Shown here: piece after piece, positions 30,450 to 39,425 of the stretch
Layout: each line of letters begins with the position of its first letter
Position numbering within the stretch: position 1 is the first letter of the stretch
Origin: a virus
Virus record (IMG/VR): IMGVR_UViG_3300027734_000055
Coordinates: 1-64,000 of that record
Reading direction: 5' to 3' (one strand)
DNA: 64,000 nt
Notes under the pieces: model-generated
Database searches by the model: none
The model's input: only the letters and a program-made list of their open reading frames with translations
What the model was told of the DNA's origin: nothing
Position numbers and translations under genes: made by a program

Positions 30450-32011
30450 GTTCCTAATTCCTCTCTATAAAGATCAACTAATTTTGTATGTAAATCTACT
30501 TTGCCTTGTAACATGGCATACATCTTTCGCTCTACTTCTGAACCTTGTAAATGTACTACGGTCATTTTGTTTACTTGTCCTACGCGATCCATACGAGCAA
30601 TACATTGTAAATACGTTTCAACTGACATCACTGGAGACCAAAATACGACTGTGTTAGCTGCAGTTAAAGTTACACCATGAGATGCAGATTGTGGCTGAAT
30701 CACTAATACTCTTGGCTCTTCCATTGTTTGAAATTGGTTTATTATGGTAGCACGTTGTGTAGCTGATACGTCGCCTTGAATAATCTTATTAGTAATGCCT
30801 TTGTCTTCTAGATGCCTAGCCACTAATTCAATGGTGTGTCGATAAGGAACGAAGATAATAACTTTATGTTCTGTCTCGTCTATAACTTCCATTAACGCAT
30901 TAAGACGTGGTTGAACATCGAACTCTAATACTTCTTTAGTATCTGTATATACAGCACCACCTGATATTTGTAATAGTTTATTTAAACCCGCCGCAGCATT
31001 AACTGCACTAATCTGTGCGCCGGCAGCTTCAATCATCATTTGTTCTTTAAGCATTTTGTAATACTTCTGAACTTGTGGTGTGAGCGGAATCTCACGTGTT
31101 GTATAAAGTACGTCAGGTAAATCTAAACAATCTGCCTTAGCAAAACGAATAGCAGGTTGTAACGCTTTGAATACTTCGTTCTTAGCATTAGGTTTAGGAA
31201 CCCATTTAAATCGTGTAACTTGATACATAACTTTATCGCGCCATGCCATAGAGAATTTAGGTACGTTCTGTGGACAAACAAGTCTTGCTAATCCATACGC
31301 ATCAACAGGCGATTGAGACGCAGGTGTACCTGTCATCATCCATAGTCTTGTCTCAGGTTTAAGTAATTTAGCTAGGGTCTTCCAACGCGTAGTAGACGGA
31401 CTCTTATATGCATTAGCTTCGTCGATAACAATTAAATCAAATCCACCTTTTATAATATCGTCTTTAACAATTGCCACACCGTCGTAATTAATAATTACAA
31501 ATTCGTATGGGCCTTCTATAACTTTAGTTCTTTTAGCTGCGGGGCCATGAGCCACTGCAACGGATCTATGCATAGCCGTATTTAAAATATCAGCTTGCCA
31601 AGCAGAATACATAATCGATAAAGGGCATATTACTAAAACTCTTTTAATAATCTTTTGGGTCATCAAATAATCTGCAGCCCAGATGACAGAAGAAGTTTTA
31701 CCTGTACCTGCTTCGTTAAAACAGAATGCACGATGATTAATACTTAAGAATTCAGAAGTTACACGTTGATGATCAAAAGGTTTATAAAGACCTGGATAGT
31801 TATAATCACGTTTGATTGGTGAAGGTAAATTGTTTCGGAAAGAAACAATCTGGTTGAGTCTAGTCATCTCTGGAACATCCCAGAATATAACCATCTCAGC
31901 TAAGTTACCATTGCGCTCTACAACCTCAGACTTAGCAATGTTATCTGTAATATGCGGAACGATGTGTTCCGGTACTGTAATTTTTAATGCGGTGTTTTGT
32001 ATGATTTCCAT
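30446..32011 (-). CDS. SNF2-family helicase
   Basis: EAGTGKT Walker A, IDEA Walker B, TGTP motif III, QCIARMDRVGQ motif VI; start adjusted to MEIIQ at 32011. Confidence 0.92.
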   Translation of the reverse strand: MEIIQNTALKITVPEHIVPHITDNIAKSEVVERNGNLAEMVIFWDVPEMTRLNQIVSFRNNLPSPIKRDYNYPGLYKPFDHQRVTSEFLSINHRAFCFNEAGTGKTSSVIWAADYLMTQKIIKRVLVICPLSIMYSAWQADILNTAMHRSVAVAHGPAAKRTKVIEGPYEFVIINYDGVAIVKDDIIKGGFDLIVIDEANAYKSPSTTRWKTLAKLLKPETRLWMMTGTPASQSPVDAYGLARLVCPQNVPKFSMAWRDKVMYQVTRFKWVPKPNAKNEVFKALQPAIRFAKADCLDLPDVLYTTREIPLTPQVQKYYKMLKEQMMIEAAGAQISAVNAAAGLNKLLQISGGAVYTDTKEVLEFDVQPRLNALMEVIDETEHKVIIFVPYRHTIELVARHLEDKGITNKIIQGDVSATQRATIINQFQTMEEPRVLVIQPQSASHGVTLTAANTVVFWSPVMSVETYLQCIARMDRVGQVNKMTVVHLQGSEVERKMYAMLQGKVDLHTKLVDLYREELGT

Positions 32012-32017
32012 TCTAGT

Positions 32018-32045
32018 ATAGTAACACAACTAGATATCATGTCAA
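32018..32045 (-). promoter_or_regulatory. Sigma70 promoter TTGACA-16-TGnTACTAT (helicase, probably leaderless)
   Basis: Reverse strand TTGACA (32045-32040), extended -10 ending 32018, ATG at 32011. Confidence 0.7.
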
Positions 32046-32059
32046 GTATTAATTTACTA

Positions 32060-32647
32060 TTATTTAATTATAAAATTAAATCCAATACTTATTCTATCTT
32101 CTTCTGAATTATTATTATCTACTCCATGAGGTATCCAAGCAGGGAACAATATTATTTTATTTGCTTTAGGTTTATATCTTATGTTTTGGTACGTATTTCT
32201 ATTATTGTTATCTAAGAACATACCATACAGCGCCTCTAATTTAGCGTCGTTATAAAATATAATATCCCCACTATGTTCATTAACATTAACATAATATACT
32301 CCAGATAATACTGCTTGGGGGTGTGTATGAGTTTGGTTGGAACTGTTTTTAGGGTTTATGTTTATCCATGCATTTGCTAATTTTAAGTTTTGAATTACAC
32401 CAAAATCTTCTACTACCATAGAAACTACCGACTTTATTTCTTTTAATAAATTAGATATATAGGGTCTTTTTTTATCTATAAATATATCGTCACTTTGCCA
32501 TCCATTTATATTAGATTTTATGCATCCTTCGCTATTTAATTGTTCTTTATAGCATTCTTCTTTTATTAAATTTGGGTTGATTTGTGTTTCAGGAAAATCA
32601 AAAAACCAAATAGGCGTGGCCCACCAATCTTCTCTTTTAATTTGCAT
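32060..32647 (-). CDS. 2OG-Fe(II) oxygenase (TIGR02466-like)
   Basis: WININ...HTH...LSGVYY...LFPAW..H.V...RISI.FN. Confidence 0.88.
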   Translation of the reverse strand: MQIKREDWWATPIWFFDFPETQINPNLIKEECYKEQLNSEGCIKSNINGWQSDDIFIDKKRPYISNLLKEIKSVVSMVVEDFGVIQNLKLANAWININPKNSSNQTHTHPQAVLSGVYYVNVNEHSGDIIFYNDAKLEALYGMFLDNNNRNTYQNIRYKPKANKIILFPAWIPHGVDNNNSEEDRISIGFNFIIK

Positions 32648-32952
32648 TACTTTTTCTTGCGTTCTCTTTTACTTGCTTCGGACACTAAATTGTGTTTGGA
32701 ATCTCTTTTAAATGATCGGTTCTTTTTAGCATCTTGGACGAAATATCCATCCTTGTTTGAACCACCCTTGTCAAGAGCTTTTTTGTGGGATACATCTTTA
32801 CCTTCTCTAATTTCTGCTGTATGGTCTTTGTCTTTAGGACTATCAAAATATTTCTTATCGATTGCACGACGTGCACGTTGACGCTCCATCCGTTTTTTAT
32901 GTTCTAACGGGGAGTCTTTATAGATAGGTCTTGGTTTATTAACGAAAGGCAT
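32647..32952 (-). CDS. HNH-like small basic protein
   Basis: GKDVSHKKAL.KGGSN......KNRS, degenerate HNH pattern. Confidence 0.6.
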   Translation of the reverse strand: MPFVNKPRPIYKDSPLEHKKRMERQRARRAIDKKYFDSPKDKDHTAEIREGKDVSHKKALDKGGSNKDGYFVQDAKKNRSFKRDSKHNLVSEASKRERKKK

Positions 32953-32958
32953 AGCGCT

Positions 32959-32986
32959 ATTATATCATCCTTGGTTAAAGTCACAA
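32959..32986 (-). promoter_or_regulatory. Sigma70 promoter TTGTGA-16-TGnTATAAT (probably leaderless)
   Basis: Perfect extended -10 six nt upstream of ATG 32952. Confidence 0.7.
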
Positions 32987-33621
32987 GACTTAACAGGGCA
33001 GAACCTGCATAAAGGCGTATAGTTAGGCGGCCAACTGTTTGTTTCGTATGAATTATTTAATCTTTCTAGTGGACCCTTAAACTTTTCCCAAGATTTGTCA
33101 ATATCTTTTCTATCATATTCTTCTGTAATAAATGAATTGTGCATCACAAATAATAAACCTGCTTTAATTTTATTTACTTGTGGGAAGTGGGCAAATGTCA
33201 TAAGAGACATCAGTCTTAATTGTTTAGGATCGGGATACTTATTACTACCAGTTTTATAATCGACAATAAAAGCATAGTCTCCATCCACAATAAGCAAGTC
33301 AACAATACCGCGTACCCAACGCTTTGGATCTCCAAAATCACATACGGTTTTATCTTCGTATAGCGCCATTTCATACTCTGCATACTTTGTGCCAGGGATT
33401 GCAATAAGGCTATCAGCTGCAGCTTTAAATCTAAGGTAATTGGTTGCAAGTTCTTTACCATCTTTAACGTAGTCTTCCAAAGCTTTATGAACTTCTGTTC
33501 CATATTTCATTTGCTCCGAAGGAATGATTTCATAATTCTGTACAACTTTAATTTCATAATATTGCTTAGGACAATTTTGATATTGTTTAAGCGACGAGAA
33601 AGACCATGTAAAGTCAGCCAT
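32965..33621 (-). CDS. PD-(D/E)XK exonuclease (Cas4/RecB-like)
   Basis: SFSSL..Y..CP, G..VH, RGIVD, VDYKTG, QL..., C-terminal C.FCP...C Fe-S ligands. Confidence 0.9.
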   Translation of the reverse strand: MADFTWSFSSLKQYQNCPKQYYEIKVVQNYEIIPSEQMKYGTEVHKALEDYVKDGKELATNYLRFKAAADSLIAIPGTKYAEYEMALYEDKTVCDFGDPKRWVRGIVDLLIVDGDYAFIVDYKTGSNKYPDPKQLRLMSLMTFAHFPQVNKIKAGLLFVMHNSFITEEYDRKDIDKSWEKFKGPLERLNNSYETNSWPPNYTPLCRFCPVKSCDFNQG

Positions 33622-33788
33622 TAGTCTTCTTTCTTTTGAACTTCGCCAGTTGATTTATTTAATTCATATTCAGTTTCTTCGGGTTTCTTTTTACGGAAAA
33701 TCAAATCAAAGTTTTTTTCAAACATTTCATTGTTTGGTTTACTATGCAACCAATCCCCTGTTGATTCATTTCTTGCTGTCTTTTTCAT
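33621..33788 (-). CDS. Small hypothetical protein (55 aa, not in ORF track)
   Basis: GGAGG RBS; MKKTARNESTGDWLHSKPNNEMFEKNFDLIF...QKKED*. Confidence 0.7.
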   Translation of the reverse strand: MKKTARNESTGDWLHSKPNNEMFEKNFDLIFRKKKPEETEYELNKSTGEVQKKED

Positions 33789-34191
33789 ATATACCTCCGT
33801 ATGTTTTTAATATCCAATTTGCAAATTTAATAAGTTCTTCTGGTGATGCATTACCTTTCATTGTATTAGCTTGATGACTAATAACTTGAATATTTCCTTT
33901 TGTGTACCCTTTAGTATTGTCTATCCTATCTATGGAAGGAGAATTATTATGTGGTCCTGATCGTACATCTACGCACTTATGTCTAATAATCTCTATATCT
34001 AATATAGGACACGTAGTAGGGATCTCAACATCTATAGCTTCTATATTAAATTCTAACCCCCGTTTAATTGCTCTTTGTCTAGCGCCATTCATCAATACTC
34101 TATGAGGGTACTTTAGCCTCCATGCTTTAACTCTTGCATAGATTTTGTCTTTATTCTTTTCTCTATATAGCTTTTTACTAGGGTGCTCCAT
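33766..34191 (-). CDS. HNH homing endonuclease
   Basis: CPIL...SPSIDRIDNTKGYTKGNIQVISHQANTMK. Confidence 0.88.
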   Translation of the reverse strand: MEHPSKKLYREKNKDKIYARVKAWRLKYPHRVLMNGARQRAIKRGLEFNIEAIDVEIPTTCPILDIEIIRHKCVDVRSGPHNNSPSIDRIDNTKGYTKGNIQVISHQANTMKGNASPEELIKFANWILKTYGGIYEKDSKK

Positions 34192-34193
34192 AA

Positions 34194-34805
34194 TTATCCA
34201 AAGAACCTTTCTATTACTACATTACTTTTCCGTAGATTCCAATTTGCAGGAACTACTTGTATATTATTAGGTACATGTAATCCTGAAATAATTGTACCTC
34301 TTAATGGGATAATATGATCTACATGCCAATCAAATCCAAACATATTACTCCTAATATGAGCTAACTCGTATGCATTTTCTAGTATCCATAGATCATCTTT
34401 AGATAACCATTTAGGTGTTCGATTACATTTATCTGCCCTACGTTTACCCCAACGAGCCCTAAATTTTTCTTTATTTTCTTTTCTATATTCTTTATCACGC
34501 GCTAATTTTTTATCTTTATGTTTTATATACTGCTCTTTGCTTCTGGCTAATATTTTTTCTTTATTTTCTTTGTATTGTTTTTTCCTTCTAGCTAATATTT
34601 TTTCTTTATTTTCGTCATACCATTCTTTATTTTTCCGGCAAAGTTCTTCTCTATTATTTTGATAAAGCACTTTGTTTTTTGCTGATATTATTTCTTTATA
34701 CTTTTCATTATACTTTTCTCTATACGCTTTTATTTTTTCAGGATTATTTATACGCCATTTTTTCTTATACCCTTTTATTTTTTCCTTTTTACTAGCACTC
34801 TCCAT
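34194..34805 (-). CDS. HNH homing endonuclease with Lys-rich repeats
   Basis: WHVDHIIPL.G...SGLHVP.N.QVV....N..K; repeated Y.ENKEKI units; start adjusted to MESASKK. Confidence 0.88.
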   Translation of the reverse strand: MESASKKEKIKGYKKKWRINNPEKIKAYREKYNEKYKEIISAKNKVLYQNNREELCRKNKEWYDENKEKILARRKKQYKENKEKILARSKEQYIKHKDKKLARDKEYRKENKEKFRARWGKRRADKCNRTPKWLSKDDLWILENAYELAHIRSNMFGFDWHVDHIIPLRGTIISGLHVPNNIQVVPANWNLRKSNVVIERFFG

Positions 34806-36657
34806 AACTCGCTCCATGATTAGCTTCGCACGCTACGGGTAGCCCTGTTGCCCAACTAGGAGGTGTAGACATAGTGGACGTTATGAAGGAGAGGGCTTCT
34901 TCCACTTCTGTCTCAGGAACAACATTGACTACCGCATCGTGAACAGTAAGCACAGGTCGATACTTCTTATTAATTTCTATCATCTGTTCTCCTACAATAA
35001 TACGAGCTAGCGCTTGTACCACATTCTCAACTACAGATCCACCCCAAATTGATATCATGCCCCGTCTTGACTTATATACAAATTTAGACTTAGCTTCTGA
35101 TACATCCCATGTAAGGCCAGGATAGTATATGTACAATCCGTTTGGTAATCTTATGCCTTTTGGTGTTACGAGTAAAGCATTATGTGCATCCAAATAATAA
35201 GGCTTTTTATCTTTAGGCCACGCAGCCATAGTCTGCAATGCTTCATCGCAAGTTTTCCATAAGTCAATCACCTTGTTATTAACTTCCCGATAAACCCCTA
35301 CAAGGCGCTTACATTCTTGCTCATCCATAACAACACCGGCTGATATCTTTAATGTCTGTTGTAATTTGGCTGCCCCTGTACCGTAGCCTAGGCCTAGAAT
35401 ACAAGTCTTACCTACTGCACGTTCAGTCTTATTCTCTTTTGTAATTTGTTTGTTGTAAACTTTAGAAGCAAACTCACTATAAACATCTCGGCCTTCTTCA
35501 TACCATTTAACAATATCGTTCTGCCCAGCTAACCAAACTAAGACTCTAGCCTCGATCTGAGAGGAGTCACAGTTAATGACTTGATGTCCTTCAGGGGCTA
35601 CGATTGCATTCTTTAATGCTTTCTTTTTCTTGTCTCGTGCAGGTAAGTTTTGGAAGTTAACTTTATCTGATCCTGCCCATCGCCCTGTATGAGCGCCATA
35701 GTATTTCAATGGGATAGGTAGTTTGCCTTTGTTACGAGCACCAATACCTAAGAATCTTTCAATACGGGATTCTTCTATAGTTGATTTAGTACCCAACCTA
35801 ACTCGGCAAAGTTCTTGAATATAGGGATCTTCGTGTTCACATAAATCTAAAAAGCCTTGGTCCCCTTTAGCTAAAGCAAACGTATCCTTGCCTGTCGCAG
35901 GACTTACCTTAAGTGGCACAGTAACACCTAGTTCTTGAAGGATCTCGGCAAACTGTTTATTACTAGCGAGCTTGCCTCTCACACATTCTTCTGTATCACA
36001 TTCTAATCTTGTCATCAGGCCTTTTAATAGTTCTGACTTTTCTGCCTGTACTTCTTCTAACCTAGCTTGTAATAAGGCGTCGTCGACTTCTAGGACTGGC
36101 TCTGTATACATGCGTAATGTTAAATCAATTAACTTAATTTCATTCTCTGGAAACTCAGGGGCTAAGATTTGAAATAGCTTATACGTAAGTTCTACGTCGT
36201 TCTTACAGTATTCGCCATACTGGGAAAGGTCTTGGATAGAAAAGTTTTCTAGTCGTTTACCCTTGGCATCAATAACTTCTGTACCCTTACGGCCTAGATT
36301 GTATTTCTCCACAAGAAAAGCGAGACTTCCGCCCACGTCCACGCCATGCACAGCTCGTGCCATAGATAGCGTATCCAAATAGATAGCAGGAATGATATTA
36401 AAAATGAATGAAAGAATACCTCCGTCGAACTGCGTGTTGTGGCATAAGAGGACAGACTCTTTCCAATTGATTTGATCAAGTTCTTGTTTGATTGCATTGT
36501 GAGTTCCTGTAATCCATCGTGACTCCCCATCATCAATCTTAATACCTACGCCGATGACTTGGAATCTTGGATCTCTAATATATTCTTCCGTGGTTAAACC
36601 TGAAAGAGAAAAACCTACATCGTAGTAGGTCTCAAAATCTAGTGTAATTAATTGCAT
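34792..36657 (-). CDS. DNA polymerase family A with 3'-5' exonuclease
   Basis: DFET exo I, HN.QFD exo II, HTGRW, NFQNLP, DSSQIEAR (A), KTCILGLGYG (B), VHDA (C). Confidence 0.95.
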   Translation of the reverse strand: MQLITLDFETYYDVGFSLSGLTTEEYIRDPRFQVIGVGIKIDDGESRWITGTHNAIKQELDQINWKESVLLCHNTQFDGGILSFIFNIIPAIYLDTLSMARAVHGVDVGGSLAFLVEKYNLGRKGTEVIDAKGKRLENFSIQDLSQYGEYCKNDVELTYKLFQILAPEFPENEIKLIDLTLRMYTEPVLEVDDALLQARLEEVQAEKSELLKGLMTRLECDTEECVRGKLASNKQFAEILQELGVTVPLKVSPATGKDTFALAKGDQGFLDLCEHEDPYIQELCRVRLGTKSTIEESRIERFLGIGARNKGKLPIPLKYYGAHTGRWAGSDKVNFQNLPARDKKKKALKNAIVAPEGHQVINCDSSQIEARVLVWLAGQNDIVKWYEEGRDVYSEFASKVYNKQITKENKTERAVGKTCILGLGYGTGAAKLQQTLKISAGVVMDEQECKRLVGVYREVNNKVIDLWKTCDEALQTMAAWPKDKKPYYLDAHNALLVTPKGIRLPNGLYIYYPGLTWDVSEAKSKFVYKSRRGMISIWGGSVVENVVQALARIIVGEQMIEINKKYRPVLTVHDAVVNVVPETEVEEALSFITSTMSTPPSWATGLPVACEANHGASYGEC

Positions 36658-37277
36658 TTAAAGTGGTAATTTCCTGAAACTGATATTCTGTATTTGTCTG
36701 AGGTATAAAATGGATAAACTGTATGATTCATTGCGGCAGGAAATACTAATACTTTATTTCTATAGGTTTTATCCGCGGGTATTTGTTCACCTATTATTTT
36801 TCCCATAGAATTAATATATGTAAATGCAAAATGTCCGGGGACTGGGCTAACGGCATTAATAACAGCTTCTCTAGCCATTTCATCTTCCATGGAGTATGGA
36901 ATTTCTAACCAAATGACAAAACTATATATCCCTGTATGTGAATGCATCGGATTAAACTCATACTTTTTTTGAAAGTTTATCCACACTTTATCTAGTCCGA
37001 TAGGTACATCCTTAGATAGCATTTCAAAACTGTTTGTATAATTAAAATAAGAATCGTATTGAGTAATTAACGGCGCTATTAAATTATGCACGTGGTCTAC
37101 AGATTTTTCTAATAAATATTCTTTTTCTATATTTCCTACTAAGTATTTATTATGAGGTTTTGCTTTACTAAAATTAGACATAATCTCATCAGCTTCATCT
37201 CGAACAGGTTTTAATTCTTCGTCAGTAAATTGAGATGTTAAATACCCAATATTATTAAATGTCATTAATGTGGTCAT
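36648..37277 (-). CDS. 2OG-Fe(II) oxygenase
   Basis: VWINFQ...FNPMHSH.G.YSFVIW...FPA...H.VYPF....RISVSGN. Confidence 0.85.
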   Translation of the reverse strand: MTTLMTFNNIGYLTSQFTDEELKPVRDEADEIMSNFSKAKPHNKYLVGNIEKEYLLEKSVDHVHNLIAPLITQYDSYFNYTNSFEMLSKDVPIGLDKVWINFQKKYEFNPMHSHTGIYSFVIWLEIPYSMEDEMAREAVINAVSPVPGHFAFTYINSMGKIIGEQIPADKTYRNKVLVFPAAMNHTVYPFYTSDKYRISVSGNYHFKCN

Positions 37278-37282
37278 ATAAT

Positions 37283-37360
37283 TGGTGGGCTACTTGCGGT
37301 TTATAATAGCAAAAATACCGTCTAAGAACTTTAACATATATAAAAAGTGCGTTCGCCCAG
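37283..37360 (-). ncRNA. Candidate structured RNA with bulged-G (GAA/AGUA) module
   Basis: UGGGC-GAA-CGC ... GCA-AGUA-GCCCA closing stem enclosing two hairpins (ACUUU/AAAGU, CGGU/ACCG); fills the whole intergenic gap. Confidence 0.5.
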
Positions 37361-37365
37361 TAACT

Positions 37366-37659
37366 TTATAGTATCGACAACACTACCACGAACACGAAGA
37401 ATAATCCAAGCATAATTCTGTTGGTCAGCTTCTCATCTTTTTCTATTTGGTCTTCGCTTTGATATATCCCGCCCCATGCTTCTCGTGCTGAACGAGGTGT
37501 AGGTTTACTTACTGTATCGGGTCTAAAAAAGTGAATTCCTTTTCTAGCGTTCTTGCGAAATACTTTTAGCTGTTCATGGTTAAACACTTCATAGTCTGCT
37601 GTTACCATAACTTTCCTCCTATTATGTTTAATTTTACTTCTTGTATCTTTGGTATTCAT
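37366..37659 (-). CDS. Hypothetical membrane-anchored protein
   Basis: PRSAREAWG motif and C-terminal hydrophobic helix; true start may be MVTAD at ~37608. Confidence 0.6.
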   Translation of the reverse strand: MNTKDTRSKIKHNRRKVMVTADYEVFNHEQLKVFRKNARKGIHFFRPDTVSKPTPRSAREAWGGIYQSEDQIEKDEKLTNRIMLGLFFVFVVVLSIL

Positions 37660-37828
37660 CTCTACACTCTATTGAGCACCAACGCTTTTGATCTTTAACT
37701 TTATCACCACACCATATACATTGTCCAGTACTATTTACAATCTTATGGGCTTCGGCTGACGCATTGTGGATTGCCACGTCTGTCGCGTGTTGCATACAGT
37801 CATTGGCGCGGTCTATGTCATCGTCCAT
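37634..37828 (-). CDS. TraR/DksA-like C4 zinc-finger protein
   Basis: N-terminal DDIDRA (DxxDxA) and CIWC...CSIEC; start adjusted to MDDDIDRA. Confidence 0.65.
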   Translation of the reverse strand: MDDDIDRANDCMQHATDVAIHNASAEAHKIVNSTGQCIWCGDKVKDQKRWCSIECRDEYQRYKK

Positions 37829-38463
37829 GGTAATACTCTTTATTTCTCTCGCCACGTGGGGTAGGTGGCGGTAAGGTTATAAGCCCCTGTAACTCTAAAT
37901 ACTTTAGTCTATGGGGGTTTGTTATGCAACCCTGTATAATAAGTTTTCTTGTTGCATTCGGATTGGCTTTGATGTATGCATTTATCTTTTTGGCCTGTCT
38001 CGCATCGTCTAACTTGGTATACATTAAAATAAACACTCACCTACTAATGCCATCAAGTCTTCCTTAACTTCAATTGGTTTATCTAGTTTGACTACGTTCT
38101 TACCTTGATCTTTGTGCCACTTAGCTTCGCGAACAGACCAACGATATTGGCGTATAACTTCGCCATCACTATCTACTACTGCGTAACTAAAAGGAATCAT
38201 GCGTCCCACCTTGTTTTAAAATGCCACCACATTTTTCTAAACTTTGTCATTTCATTATCGAATCGTTTTCGTTTATCAGAGCCTCTCATTTTAAACCACC
38301 GTCTTAATAATAACTTACCACCTACTCTTTTAGCGCCGAATACAATCATTTCTTTTCTACTTGTTGCGTTTGTTCTTTAGGTTGTTCTTTATTAAAATCA
38401 GGTGCATATGTTGCTACCCAACACGCGACCCATATAGCAGTTAACCATCCGATTACGTCCATC
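37818..38463 (-). other. Cluster of small hypothetical ORFs (37818-38036, 38024-38199 and two <60-aa ORFs to 38463)
   Basis: Tightly overlapping start/stop codons on the - strand. Confidence 0.55.
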
Positions 38464-38473
38464 ACCTATCTCC

Positions 38474-38965
38474 TTAAAAGTAGTTTATGTTTATATTTAC
38501 TCTTGTTTTTTTGTCTGTGCAATAATAAGAATTATGCATTTTATGTGATTCAAATAATAATATTCTATTTTCTACCGACTCTATCTCTGTACCGTCATCA
38601 AGAGTGGTAGGTCCGTTATTTGTATTAATATAATATATGGCACCTTTATGTTCGTAAGGATAATCCGTGTGCTCAATATCTTGTATATGATGTCCTATGT
38701 TTGGATATAAGTTGCTTTTTATTTTTATCAAAGCCTTTATATCTAATTTTGAAATTAATGGATCTAATACCGATAAAAATGCGCTATTAGGGGCGTTGTT
38801 TTTATAAAATATGTGACAAAAATAGAATACTTTTTCTAACTCTACATTTAGATAAGTAACATCAGGGTGATAAAACCATGGAAAATCTTTATTGTGCATT
38901 AACATGTCTCTGATGGATTCAAAATCCTTCTTCGGTAAAAAATTATCTATTACTTTATATTTCAT
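38474..38965 (-). CDS. 2OG-Fe(II) oxygenase (cyanophage-type)
   Basis: KVIDNFL, FPW, HTD, AIYYINTNNG.T, ENRILLF....H, R..ININY. Confidence 0.85.
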   Translation of the reverse strand: MKYKVIDNFLPKKDFESIRDMLMHNKDFPWFYHPDVTYLNVELEKVFYFCHIFYKNNAPNSAFLSVLDPLISKLDIKALIKIKSNLYPNIGHHIQDIEHTDYPYEHKGAIYYINTNNGPTTLDDGTEIESVENRILLFESHKMHNSYYCTDKKTRVNININYF

Positions 38966-38974
38966 ACATATCCT

Positions 38975-39184
38975 TTAAAAACTTCTTTGTTCAAAACATT
39001 CTAGGTGTGACTTAACATAGAAGTTAGGTCTAATCTCTTCGTAGAGTTCCCCTTCCACGCATTTGAGATTCATGCTGTATTTCTTTTGAGTGTGTGCGTA
39101 TTGCATCACTGCCCATGTTAAACAACATCCAATAATAAATCCTACGACTGCAAACCCTGTGCCTTCATATTTATTAGAGTCCAT
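38975..39184 (-). CDS. Small membrane protein
   Basis: Hydrophobic helix then C-x-x-G-E-L-Y segment. Confidence 0.6.
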   Translation of the reverse strand: MDSNKYEGTGFAVVGFIIGCCLTWAVMQYAHTQKKYSMNLKCVEGELYEEIRPNFYVKSHLECFEQRSF

Positions 39185-39425
39185 TGTATGCCTCCATCAT
39201 TTTTTGTGTTGATTCTTTATAACTCTTAACGCCTGTAATCTTCTCTGCTTTCGATTCATCTTTGTAGAGAGGGGTTAGAACGATGTTATGTTTCTTGGTT
39301 GGCAAATCGCGAATCCAAGATAACTCTGTCGGCCTAAATTGTGAGATCGATGACCATACTAAGTCACCGTCATTATTAAATTCTTCTATCGACCATGCGT
39401 ATGGTTGTTTAAGGGTTTCTTGCAT
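39174..39425 (-). CDS. Hypothetical protein
   Basis: P.AW...PLY pattern; overlaps neighbours. Confidence 0.6.
   Translation of the reverse strand: MQETLKQPYAWSIEEFNNDGDLVWSSISQFRPTELSWIRDLPTKKHNIVLTPLYKDESKAEKITGVKSYKESTQKMMEAYNGL

Noticed and set aside
32965-33621. CRISPR-Cas system suggested by the Cas4-like nuclease
   Set aside because: No array or other cas genes; solo PD-(D/E)XK nucleases are routine in phage replication modules
37283-37360. tRNA gene (ends in CCA)
   Set aside because: No T-loop GTTCRA in the proper position and no cloverleaf; kept only as a candidate structured RNA
32060-38965. Phage oxygenases acting as PQQ maturation enzymes
   Set aside because: PqqB is a metallo-beta-lactamase-fold hydroxylase and PqqC a cofactor-less oxidase; these are 2OG-type folds, unlinked to pqqA
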